From: an uncultured Kiritimatiellota bacterium
GTDB taxonomy: Bacteria; Verrucomicrobiota; Kiritimatiellia; RFP12; DVOR01
Direction of reading: 5' to 3'
Length of the DNA: 64,000 bases
NCBI GenBank assembly: GCA_944391055.1
Contig: CALXSF010000004.1
Location: forward strand, 16,481-80,480
Shown: positions 30,299-39,483 of the stretch, in pieces
How the letters are laid out: each line of letters begins with the position of its first letter
Position numbering within the stretch: position 1 is the first letter of the stretch
The notes under the pieces: generated by a model
What the model saw: only the letters and a program-made list of their open reading frames with translations
What the model was told of the DNA's origin: nothing
Database searches by the model: none
Translations under genes and position numbers: made by a program

Positions 30299-31300
30299 TT
30301 ACGGTTCAACATAACCATGGACGTCTTTGAGTAGATTGTGCTCGGGGTCAAACTCAAGATTGGTGTCATTCTCCGTGGGATTCAAATAGAATGGAAGACG
30401 TATACGGGAACACCCGTGCCAAAAGTTGAAAATCGAGGCATGAGGCTGGTAAATCTTTCCATAATGTGCACCTACCAGACGCCCACTGCCATCAAATCGG
30501 GTACGAGTTCTAAAGACATAACCCGTCCCTTCTGGGAATAGTTTCCTCTCCAATTTCTTTGTTTGCGAATTAATCCGCTCAGAGAATGTCATCTCTTTCT
30601 GATACATTTTGGCGGGTATCGCGTGATACGGAGCCTTATACCTAACAGAATCATACATTTTACGGGGTTCATAGTGAAACGCATAATATCCGGCATCTTT
30701 ATCAGGGAATCGTATTCTTAGCGTTGAGCCAGTGTATTCGCGTCCATCTTTCCCATCCCACTCATGAATAATCTCAACATCGGCATGACTGCCTTTGCCA
30801 TAAGGAGAAAGCCAGTCATTCTTTGTCATATCAAACCCAATCCATTCATTCCGCACTGGAATTGGGTTGTCATGCTGACGGCCATTGGCATACATTGGAA
30901 TGGGATTCACGCGTTCCTTGAGTACGATTGTAAGTACGGGATTCCACGGTTGCCACTTCCCATCTTTTACGTTTTCAGAGGGTGAATCATAGTCATAGCG
31001 GAAAATTGTATTGTAATACTTATTGAATCCATTAGGGTTACGCACTGTCTTGTAAACAACATTACTAAAGATTGCACTGCCCATAACAGGACTAGAAAAC
31101 GTAACATAGCCATTTTCATCTGGTTTTTTTCTTATGTCTGCTTTACCATTTTCAAACGAAGCCGTTATTTCTGTATCTGTTACAGGTTTTTCATTTTGGT
31201 TTACGACACGAAGCGTAATCTTCGCCTGTGGATGTTGTACCAACCATCCTGAAGTCATTATAACAGCGACATAGTAACAAACTACATTTAATAATTTCAT
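30299..31300 (-). CDS. Putative immunity protein, paralogue 2 (exported)
   Basis: AT-rich; N-terminal hydrophobic segment; shares AKITLxVVNQN, WxPWNP, NPIPMYA, FDxxKNDW, FRTRT, YGKxY and NPTENDTNLEFDPE with 31790-32782; ATG overlaps the stop of cassette B (ATGA). Confidence 0.7.
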   Translation of the reverse strand: MKLLNVVCYYVAVIMTSGWLVQHPQAKITLRVVNQNEKPVTDTEITASFENGKADIRKKPDENGYVTFSSPVMGSAIFSNVVYKTVRNPNGFNKYYNTIFRYDYDSPSENVKDGKWQPWNPVLTIVLKERVNPIPMYANGRQHDNPIPVRNEWIGFDMTKNDWLSPYGKGSHADVEIIHEWDGKDGREYTGSTLRIRFPDKDAGYYAFHYEPRKMYDSVRYKAPYHAIPAKMYQKEMTFSERINSQTKKLERKLFPEGTGYVFRTRTRFDGSGRLVGAHYGKIYQPHASIFNFWHGCSRIRLPFYLNPTENDTNLEFDPEHNLLKDVHGYVEP

Positions 31301-31776
31301 AGGTCACCTTCAGGTTTTCTGCATTGAAAAATGATTCTTAATTGAACGAATGCGTTAAAAGTGTGGAGAAAAGACATGTTTTTAATGTCACTATGCAACC
31401 AACGATGCGCATACCCTCCTGAAGACCTTGGCCAGTTAGGTGTTATATCAAGCGACATCATCGTAAATTTATTAATATTTACATCACGTTCGCCCATTGC
31501 TGGGGAGAGTGCGGGGATACGATAGGCGAGGATTTCGTAGCGTTCGTCACGTTGTTTTTCTGGGTCTGGGTCGGGAGACAACATCGTGGCCGTCGCACTG
31601 AAGACCGGCGCTTGCCTCAGAATAAGGCGATTAGCCGCGTTCGTGACGATGGCGTTGGCCTCTTGGGCGCTATAAAGGGGGACCACCTTCTCCTCCCCAG
31701 ATGAGGCGTCGGAAACCCATTTCTCCGCAAACGCCCATCCGCCGTCAGCCGTTCCGAAGACGACGTTCGTACCTTT
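31297..31776 (-). other. Orphan C-terminal cassette (copy B) of the 1954-aa hydrolase with an alternative tip
   Basis: KGTNVVFG...YRIPALSP is near-identical to the big gene, followed by a different tip that keeps WLHSDIKNM; the frame is open back to ATG 31860 inside the upstream gene. Confidence 0.85.
31493..31776. repeat. ~284-bp direct repeat, copy B
   Basis: About four substitutions (by eye) versus copy A across the ~270-bp core; offset 1491 bp from copy A and 1490 bp from copy C. Confidence 0.95.
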
Positions 31777-31789
31777 TTCATGGAACCCA

Positions 31790-32782
31790 TTATGGATCAA
31801 CATAACCACGAACATTTTTGAGGAGGTTGCGTTCGGGGTCAAACTCAAGATTGGTGTCATTCTCCGTAGGATTGAAATAATAGGATAACGTTATACTCAT
31901 TCTTGGTTTTCCAGGAATAGGTTGAAGAAGTCGCCCATCAACTCCGTACAATTTCCCATATCGAGCAGATTTTAACCGTCCATTGTTATCAACCTTTGTT
32001 CGTGTTCTGAAAATGAGGCCTTTTGTTGAGTCGAATTCTGCGGAGACAACCCGATTGCTCGCCTCATCCTTTTTCTTGTAAAATGCAACGTGATGTCGAT
32101 AGTCTGCATAAATGTCAGCACGATATGGCGATTGCAACCCCGATGTTTTATCTCGCTCAAAGAGATACATTCCCGCATGAGGCTGACGGATTCGAAACTC
32201 TATTTGATAGCCCTCAAAGGATTCTCCTTTTATCCCATTCCAAGCCCCCCTGACCTCTAAGTCACAAAAGCGTCCAGCGCCCCAAGGCGCGACCCAATCA
32301 TTTTTCTCTAAGTCAAAGGCAAGCCATTGATTTAAAATGGGAAGTTCTACACGATTGCGCATTCCTGTCGCATACATCGGAATTGGATTAATATACTCTT
32401 TCAATGGCATTTCGACGATTGGATTCCACGGCTCCCATCTTCCTTCTTTTGCGTTTCTAGAGGGAGACAAGTAATCGCGACGTAAATACGTTGCATAATA
32501 TTTATCTATTGCGGCAGGGTTGTGCACAGTCTTGTGAATAATATTGCCAAAGACAGCATCTCCAAGAACAGGGCTGGAATATGAAATGTACCCGTCTTTA
32601 TTAGGTTTTTTTATTATATTTTGACGGCCTCCCCAAAAAGAAGCCGAAACCTCGACATCTGTCACAGGAATATTATTTTGATTGACAACATGAAGCGTAA
32701 TCTTTGCAACCGGGGGTCGGGCAAAGCAACCGGTAGCCCAGAAAAAAAACACCTGCAACAATAACGCTATGGAATATTTCAT
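31790..32782 (-). CDS. Putative cognate immunity protein, paralogue 1 (possible lipoprotein)
   Basis: AT-rich; starts 11 nt after the hydrolase stop; signal MKYSIALLLQVFFFWATGC; paralogous to 30299-31300. Confidence 0.7.
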   Translation of the reverse strand: MKYSIALLLQVFFFWATGCFARPPVAKITLHVVNQNNIPVTDVEVSASFWGGRQNIIKKPNKDGYISYSSPVLGDAVFGNIIHKTVHNPAAIDKYYATYLRRDYLSPSRNAKEGRWEPWNPIVEMPLKEYINPIPMYATGMRNRVELPILNQWLAFDLEKNDWVAPWGAGRFCDLEVRGAWNGIKGESFEGYQIEFRIRQPHAGMYLFERDKTSGLQSPYRADIYADYRHHVAFYKKKDEASNRVVSAEFDSTKGLIFRTRTKVDNNGRLKSARYGKLYGVDGRLLQPIPGKPRMSITLSYYFNPTENDTNLEFDPERNLLKNVRGYVDP

Positions 32783-32793
32783 AAAACCTCACT

Positions 32794-35700
32794 TTACTGT
32801 GAAATGAAAGAGGACAACTCAATGAACTCTTGCCACACGTAATAAAATGCCATATTCTTAATGTCGCTATGTAGCCATTTTCCCGAAAGCGAACCACTCC
32901 TTCGCCCCCAATTCGTAGTTGAAGCATTCAACGGAGACATTGTCATTACCCCTTCTAAAGAATTTCTGAGAGTCCCAGTCCTTCCCATTACGGGGGAAAG
33001 TGCGGGGATACGATAGGCGAGGATTTCGTAGCGTTCGTCACGTTGTTTTTCTGGGTCTGGGTCGGGAGACAACATCGCGGCCGTCGCACTGAAGACCGGC
33101 GCTTGCCTCAGAATAAGGCGATTAGCCGCGTTCGTGACGATGGCGTTGGCTTCTTGGGCGCTATAAAGGGGGACCACCTTCTCCTCCCCAGATGAGGCGT
33201 CGGACACCCATTTCTCCGCAAACGCCCATCCGCCGTCAGCCGTTCCGAAGACGACGTTCGTGCCTTTGAGGAACTCCTGTTTTTGCCATGCGTAACGACC
33301 AAACGATGTTTCGGGAACAAGGCTCGCCAAAAGGTCCCAAGGAGGCCATCCCTCGAATTGCCATCGCAGAACACCACGATATTGCGGCGGAAAGAGACCA
33401 TCCTCAATATCGGTGCGAAGTTCGAAGACCTCATCTTCTTCCGAATAAAAGTTATAGAACTTCGTCGTCGGGGATTTTTGGGCGATGTCCTCGAAAAGTC
33501 CGGCCCATCTCATTTGGGACTGTGGTTCGGAGGCAGAGAAGAGTTCGTTCCAGCGGGAGGCATAGGTGCGGGGGTCATAATCGCGCCAATCCTGGGGGAC
33601 GAGAGTGGCTTGATTGGCCGTGGCGTCTTGCAGCGAGGCGTCGAAGGCCTCTGCGGGGATGGCGGCGTTGAGGAAAACATAATTGTCGGGCTTGAACCCA
33701 TAAGAGCAAATCGCTTCCGAAACGACAATGTTTCCAAGGCTGTGGGCGATCACCGAGGTTTGCGAGGCTTGAGGCAGTTGTTTGGCGGCCGCGGCAAACG
33801 CTTTGGCGGTCTTGAAGGCGTTATAGACATTGAGATGGTAGTGCAACGCGGGAAGGCCAACAAGTTCGGAGAGCGCCTCGTCTCCGCGCCACGTGACGCC
33901 ATAAAAGTTCATGTCAAGCCCGGATTGGTAAAGCCGTTTATACATCTCGGCGTGCCAGCCTCGGGCTGCATCCTCCGAGACATTGAAACCATGCAGGAAG
34001 AGCACGTTGGGGACGGAGGGGTTGTGCGCAAGCGTCGCCTCCGTCCGAGAGCCGGATTCGACACTGCGCAGATCGATGCGCCCATACATTTCTTCGACAG
34101 GAAGGACGTTGAGCGGAAGTTCGGTTTTCCACACGCACAGGTCATCGTGATAGAGGCCAAGCGTGAGGGGCGCGCTTGAACGGCGTATTCCTTCTGCAAG
34201 GATAACACCCTGATTCGGGTTGCCGCGGATGAGTTTCACAAACTTCTGTGGAAGCTCAAGTCCGTCATCCGTGACCGTATACGTGGAGGCATCAAGCAGC
34301 CGTTTGTCGAGATTGTCATCACATCCCGCACAGTTTTCAGTGAGATACGCCCCACTCTGACCTCGCTCCAAGGACGTCCAGACAATTTTGATGGCGCTGT
34401 CGGCCTGACACAGTTTGATCGTAAGATCACCAGCCTCATACGCGGCCCTTATGTCCTCCCTGCTCCCCAAAAATCCCAAGAGCGCCTGCGCATCGACATG
34501 GATGGGAAAGAAATCCAAAAAGTCGCAGACCCCATCCACGGAACCGTTGCTCGCATCCACAAAAAGGGTGGCGGCCGGGATATCCTCATCCTTTTCCGAA
34601 TAGTCTTTGTTCACGCTGTCATCGTCGTCATTTATCCACAACCGGAACGGCAAACCATTGGTCGCCAAAAACACATCTTGTGCGTCAATCATGAGGTCTC
34701 GTTGATAATCCGGGACAAGCGCACTGGCGATGTCGGGGATATGCACGACCGCGCTCAAGCCGCCTGCGACATTCCCACCCTCGCTTTCCCTCATATGCGT
34801 GTGCCCACATAATAACCCATCGTCGTTCTCCGCCCAAAAGCCTTCGCCAAAGACAAGCGTCGCCACGTCTTCCTTCCGCTCGGGACTGTAATTCGCATAG
34901 GTTTGCTGCGAAGGCTGCCCATTCACTTGCGCACTCCAACAATACCATTCTTCATCTTCCCCCGCCTTTGTTTCCAGCCAATGCATGGTGACTTTATAGG
35001 AACATCCTTTGCGCAGTTGAAACACCGACTCCTCTTGAGAGCCTGGGGTTCGCATATGATGCTTCAGGAGTCGGCTGTCCGAAAGAGTCCCCTCCCCTTG
35101 TCCGAGTCCTTGGATGCGCATCTCCCAAGCCGCGTAGTCCCCGGCAATCGAAAATGCCATTTGCACAAGTTCGGAATCCGGCAGCGGCTCGTAGTCCAAG
35201 GGGTCTGTCGGGTCGGTACCCTGCTCCGTCTCCTGCCAGTCCGAAACCCCATCATTGTCTGTGTCTGCGTCATGGGGGCTTGTCCCGTTGATGGACTCCT
35301 CCCAATTGCTCAGTCCATCGCTGTCAGGGTCTGCCTCCGTGACATCCGCGCCATCGGCCATGAGCGGCTCAAACCCATAATTGCTCTCCCATCCGTCAAT
35401 GAGATGGTCGCCGTCCGAGTCGGGATGAAGGGGATTTGTCCCGCGCTCCACCTCGTCCCCATCGGGAAGACCGTCCTCATCACTGTCGGGATTGCCCGGA
35501 TTGAGACCTTGCGCGACCTCCTGCTCGTTCGTGAGCCCATCCCCATCCCAATCCCCCGATGGGGATGCGGAAGGGTTGGAGGAACCGTTGTCCAAAGGAG
35601 GCAAGCCATAGCGGATCTCCAAGCCATCGGCCATCCCATCGCCATCGCTGTCGATGACATTGGGATCGGTATGATACATTCGGACTTCTTCTTTGTCCGT

Positions 35701-38658
35701 GAGGCCATCCCCATCGCCATCTTTCGAGAGCGGATCCGTCTTGATCGACAGTACCTCTTCCTTGTCCGACAATCCGTCCCCATCGCTATCCGCAAGGCAT
35801 GGATCCGTCTGCATACGCAATGTGTAGTGCAAGGCCTCCCCCGAAACAAGCGCGTTGGCTGTGTTATACGCAAACTGAATCGGGAGGAACGCATCGGGCT
35901 GACGCACACCAATCGTCGCAGAGGCGCAGTCAAACCCCGTATACAAAGACGGGTACTGAACGATAATGGTGTCATCGGTGTCATACGGGACAATCAACCT
36001 CATATAGACACTGCCATCGCCGTGTGATGTGTAAAGCCCCATGTAGGAAAGGAGAAAACACGGCTTCCCTTCATAGATGCATTCTCCATATTGGATGTTC
36101 CCAGGTTTCGCCGCAACAATCTTCAAGTCATCCCAATACAAAGCGACGCTCAAATATGCCCTGTCCTCATCCCATTCATCCAACGGTTCATTGTCACATT
36201 CCGAGGCGATTTCATCCTCCGCCTGAGACGCTCGCAAGAAATGCGCCACCCCATTGACATCGATGACAACGGAGGTGTATGTCCTCCCGGCGAGCGTGAC
36301 AGGCCTCGGCAGTGTTGTCCTCGCGACCGAATCGTCAATGTTTGTCCCGACCGCGAAGGCCAAGCCAAAAAGAGAGATCGCTTCCGGCTCTTTCAAAGGA
36401 ATCTTTTGCGCAAGGCCAACGATTGCGCCATCCAAGAGGCCATCCTCATCGGTGTCGGCAATGTTGGGTTGGGTCCCAAACAGATATTCTTGAAGGTTGG
36501 GTAAGCCGTCATGGTCAAAATCGCCCTCCGCCCCATAGTCACCAACGGCATTGAGAGGTTGAAGGCCATGGCGCACCTCCCAGCCATCGGGCAAACCATC
36601 CCCATCACAATCCGGTTGAAGCGGATCAAGATAGCACCGATGATTCCCCGTGAGCAGAACACCCAAAATCTCTTCTCCATCACCCAAACCATCCCCATCC
36701 GTATCGAACCGATTGGGATCGGTCTTGTAACGTGAGCCAAAATACTCCTCTTTGTCCGTGAGGCCATCCCCATCGCCATCTTTCGAGAGCGGATCCGTCT
36801 GAGTCCCCGGGACGCACACAATGGACATCGCGGAATCGATGGCGTCATCTTGGTTGCACGCATATTGCCAAACCTGCTTTCGCGCGGGATTCTGGATGCC
36901 AATGGTCGCGGAACCCCCTCGGACATTCCCACCCACATCCTTATAATTGAAAAAGACGGATGAGACGTTCTCGCCCTCACGTGCCTTCCGAAACGCGATC
37001 TGAAAGGAGAGTCGCCAATCCGCGACCGAAGCGTCGCGGCGCGAATAAGGGCACAGATTGCGATAATCGATGACAAGGTATTCGTCTCCGTCTTCGACGA
37101 CAATCGCATGGCGAATTTTGGAATCATGCGCCACATCGGCCGCCAAATCATCCCAATAGCCGGCAATGAGCGGATGTTTCTCATACTGCCACGAACCAAG
37201 CAACGCCCTATTGTTCCCCTGCGCGTCTATTCGTTCATTGCTGCTCGGATCGCGCAACGTCACACACCCGTCGACGTCAATGATGAGCTCGGAATAGGCC
37301 GCTCCCCCAAGAATGATCGGAAACGCCTTGCACACAATGGCATACGTCTTGGAATCAAGCGGGGAATTTGCCCCCGCGGGATAATGTTCCGTCCAAGTGT
37401 CACTTTCGAACCACCTCGCGGCCTCACCTTCGCGAACGGCGATGGGCGCCGCCTCCTCGCCGTCAAGCAGCCCATCCCCATCCGTGTCTGCCCGAAGCGG
37501 ACTTGTCCCCAACCACACCTCTTCGCCATCAAGAAGGCCATCCCCATCCCCGTCGTCCACGGCAGTGTCCAACCCATGGACAAAGATTTTCTCCCAGTCA
37601 CTCATCCCGCTTCCAGAGGAGTCCCATTTGAGCGGATCCGTCTTGTAAACATACCGCTCAAGCAAATCCGGCAATCGGTCACCATCGGAATCCGTCTGAA
37701 GATCGACCAGACGAAAGAAATGCGGCGCGGCGTCCCCCTCCTCGCCCAAAAAGACGACGGTGCTCCCGATTCCATCCTCTTCATCCTCTTGCGCGACCTC
37801 CCCCCAAAAATCCCACGCAGGCTGCCCCAACGTTTGCGCCGTGACAAGCCCAAGCCGCGCCCCAGTCGCATTGTGAAAGGAAAGCGCCAATTCCCCTGGC
37901 GCGTGCGCCATCGCGGTGAACCGCACAGGCTTTGGCGGCTTTGGCTCCGCCTCGGCCGTCTCGGCCTGGCGTTGACGCTCCGCCGCCCGGGCGACGGCCG
38001 TCCGATAGTCCCCAAGCATCCCCTGGGGGACAAACGTGACCGAGAACCCAAACCGTTCACGCCCCCGCTCCCCATACCAACGTTGGATCGTTTCCTCACT
38101 TTCCTGTGCGAGCCAACGCGGCAGCGCCCCACCCTCCCCATACCAACGCAACACCCAGGCCGCCTGATCGAAAAACTGCGACACGGGAAATTGATGGCAG
38201 CAGGAAGGCCCAACGACCGTCGTAAACAGCCGCGACCCATCCTCCGCCACCGATTCCCAAACGTGCGCCGTCCAAGTCGGGATGCCTTCAAGAAAGATGG
38301 GCGCGACCCGTTCGGCGACCGCCGTGAAAGGCGGCGCGAGTTCCTCGACGCCCATCGGGATTGAAAAGCGGTATCCCTCTGGCGTCGGCGGATAAAGCGG
38401 CGTCCGCGAACCGATTCCGTCATACCATGCGCGCACCCGCGCATTCCAGTCGCTCCAATCATACCCCACATAGGCCATCACATCGTCCGTATAGGCGAAC
38501 ATATCCAGCACGGTTTGCCCCTCGCCAGATCCTCCCACGACATTTCCCTGAACAGCAGACGTATCTTCTGCCAAAAGCAACCCACTCCTGGCAATTGATG
38601 ACAGAAAGACGAAACAAGCAACGAGACGAACAAACACATCCATACTTTTCATGCACAT
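32794..38658 (-). CDS. Large secreted protein: TSP3-like Ca-binding repeats, two nidogen(NIDO)-like modules and a C-terminal DUF900-like alpha/beta hydrolase (putative lipase toxin)
   Basis: N-terminal signal-like segment; many DxDGDGLxDxxE repeats; two YWDDL modules; LFLHGFNV, IAHSLG (Ser), LNAAIP, NFYSEEDEVF (Asp), WLHSD (His). Confidence 0.82.
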   Translation of the reverse strand: MCMKSMDVFVRLVACFVFLSSIARSGLLLAEDTSAVQGNVVGGSGEGQTVLDMFAYTDDVMAYVGYDWSDWNARVRAWYDGIGSRTPLYPPTPEGYRFSIPMGVEELAPPFTAVAERVAPIFLEGIPTWTAHVWESVAEDGSRLFTTVVGPSCCHQFPVSQFFDQAAWVLRWYGEGGALPRWLAQESEETIQRWYGERGRERFGFSVTFVPQGMLGDYRTAVARAAERQRQAETAEAEPKPPKPVRFTAMAHAPGELALSFHNATGARLGLVTAQTLGQPAWDFWGEVAQEDEEDGIGSTVVFLGEEGDAAPHFFRLVDLQTDSDGDRLPDLLERYVYKTDPLKWDSSGSGMSDWEKIFVHGLDTAVDDGDGDGLLDGEEVWLGTSPLRADTDGDGLLDGEEAAPIAVREGEAARWFESDTWTEHYPAGANSPLDSKTYAIVCKAFPIILGGAAYSELIIDVDGCVTLRDPSSNERIDAQGNNRALLGSWQYEKHPLIAGYWDDLAADVAHDSKIRHAIVVEDGDEYLVIDYRNLCPYSRRDASVADWRLSFQIAFRKAREGENVSSVFFNYKDVGGNVRGGSATIGIQNPARKQVWQYACNQDDAIDSAMSIVCVPGTQTDPLSKDGDGDGLTDKEEYFGSRYKTDPNRFDTDGDGLGDGEEILGVLLTGNHRCYLDPLQPDCDGDGLPDGWEVRHGLQPLNAVGDYGAEGDFDHDGLPNLQEYLFGTQPNIADTDEDGLLDGAIVGLAQKIPLKEPEAISLFGLAFAVGTNIDDSVARTTLPRPVTLAGRTYTSVVIDVNGVAHFLRASQAEDEIASECDNEPLDEWDEDRAYLSVALYWDDLKIVAAKPGNIQYGECIYEGKPCFLLSYMGLYTSHGDGSVYMRLIVPYDTDDTIIVQYPSLYTGFDCASATIGVRQPDAFLPIQFAYNTANALVSGEALHYTLRMQTDPCLADSDGDGLSDKEEVLSIKTDPLSKDGDGDGLTDKEEVRMYHTDPNVIDSDGDGMADGLEIRYGLPPLDNGSSNPSASPSGDWDGDGLTNEQEVAQGLNPGNPDSDEDGLPDGDEVERGTNPLHPDSDGDHLIDGWESNYGFEPLMADGADVTEADPDSDGLSNWEESINGTSPHDADTDNDGVSDWQETEQGTDPTDPLDYEPLPDSELVQMAFSIAGDYAAWEMRIQGLGQGEGTLSDSRLLKHHMRTPGSQEESVFQLRKGCSYKVTMHWLETKAGEDEEWYCWSAQVNGQPSQQTYANYSPERKEDVATLVFGEGFWAENDDGLLCGHTHMRESEGGNVAGGLSAVVHIPDIASALVPDYQRDLMIDAQDVFLATNGLPFRLWINDDDDSVNKDYSEKDEDIPAATLFVDASNGSVDGVCDFLDFFPIHVDAQALLGFLGSREDIRAAYEAGDLTIKLCQADSAIKIVWTSLERGQSGAYLTENCAGCDDNLDKRLLDASTYTVTDDGLELPQKFVKLIRGNPNQGVILAEGIRRSSAPLTLGLYHDDLCVWKTELPLNVLPVEEMYGRIDLRSVESGSRTEATLAHNPSVPNVLFLHGFNVSEDAARGWHAEMYKRLYQSGLDMNFYGVTWRGDEALSELVGLPALHYHLNVYNAFKTAKAFAAAAKQLPQASQTSVIAHSLGNIVVSEAICSYGFKPDNYVFLNAAIPAEAFDASLQDATANQATLVPQDWRDYDPRTYASRWNELFSASEPQSQMRWAGLFEDIAQKSPTTKFYNFYSEEDEVFELRTDIEDGLFPPQYRGVLRWQFEGWPPWDLLASLVPETSFGRYAWQKQEFLKGTNVVFGTADGGWAFAEKWVSDASSGEEKVVPLYSAQEANAIVTNAANRLILRQAPVFSATAAMLSPDPDPEKQRDERYEILAYRIPALSPVMGRTGTLRNSLEGVMTMSPLNASTTNWGRRSGSLSGKWLHSDIKNMAFYYVWQEFIELSSFISQ
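32984..33267. repeat. ~284-bp direct repeat, copy A (inside the hydrolase gene)
   Basis: Direct sequence match to copies B and C. Confidence 0.95.
35690..36800. repeat. Exact 52-bp direct repeat pair (35690-35741 and 36749-36800) within the large gene
   Basis: TCTTTGTCCGTGAGGCCATCCCCATCGCCATCTTTCGAGAGCGGATCCGTCT twice, 1059 bp apart (in frame), encoding TDPLSKDGDGDGLTDKE. Confidence 0.9.
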
Positions 38659-38716
38659 CCATACTTTTCATATTAATGAATATGAACGATGAAGTCAACC
38701 CAATCACCCTTACACG

Positions 38717-39193
38717 CAGGGCAAACGCATCTAATTTTGGTAACGATAAAGGGATGAATGAGAATCATGTTTTGTTTCGTTTGATGTTGGCAGTCAAAGT
38801 GCCCCGAGTGGCGCGGACACGGGTGTATGAACTGCCGCAAATTCTCTTTTGCACCGTGGTGGCGATGCCCTCAGGGGCGACGACGTTCACGGAAATGGAA
38901 CTTGTCACGAGGACGAGACGGAAGTGAATAGAGAAATGGATCGCATTGCCCGGAATACCGAGCCATGAGACGTTCAATCGGGTGTTGCAATTGATCCCGC
39001 TTTTGGTTCCCAAAGGGCACCGACTTTCTCCAAGGTCTCCCTGCGGAAATCATCCTTGTCCAAAACCGCCTCAACGCCATCTCCCGATTCAAATCCCTGA
39101 AAGGACTCTCCGCCCATGAAGCTTTTCTCAGTCTTTCCTGAACCCTTGGCCCATTTTGCTTGCAAACGGCGCTCCGCAATGCGATTTGCGCGG
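38717..39193 (+). mobile_element. Degenerate, internally deleted ISAs1-family (H-repeat) element
   Basis: From ATG 38754: PRVARTRVYELPQILFCTVVAMPSGATTFTEME...*IEKWIALPGIPSHETFNRVL, the ISAs1 transposase N-terminus with an in-frame TGA at 38925; left end CAGGGCAAACGCAT (38717-38730) and a degenerate inverted copy ATGCGATTTGCGCGG (39179-39193). Confidence 0.72.
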
Positions 39194-39483
39194 TCGCGCG
39201 GAAGAAGGGCTGAGGGAGGAAAAGGTGGCGGGCGGTGACCCAACCAAAACGGAAAGTGGGGCGGGGCCCGAGGTGACTTGCGGCGGACTTGGGGGGGCGA
39301 TGCGGGCGGATCCGAAGAATGAGCCGCGCAATTGCGTTTGGGCGCGGCCCCCCACCCCGTCTTTCCCGGGGGGCGGCGAGAGCGTCAGAAGCACCTCGCC
39401 GCAGGGGGCCATCACCGCCCTCCCCGTGCCGGCGGCTTGCCGATCGCGAAACCGGCCGGCCGCCGCTGTGGTATACTATCGGC

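Noticed and set aside
30003-33267. Triple repeat as a diversity-generating retroelement TR/VR pair
   Set aside because: Mismatches are not adenine-specific, the repeat is the constant rather than the variable part, and there is no reverse transcriptase in the window.
30003-33267. Triple repeat as an assembly artefact or CRISPR array
   Set aside because: Copies differ by substitutions and have distinct flanks; unit (~284 bp) and spacing (~1.49 kb) are far from CRISPR dimensions; no cas genes.
32794-38658. Classical Rhs/CdiA/T6SS effector
   Set aside because: No YD repeats, DPxG cleavage motif, VENN, PAAR or VgrG features are visible; the repeats are DxDGDG Ca-binding type.
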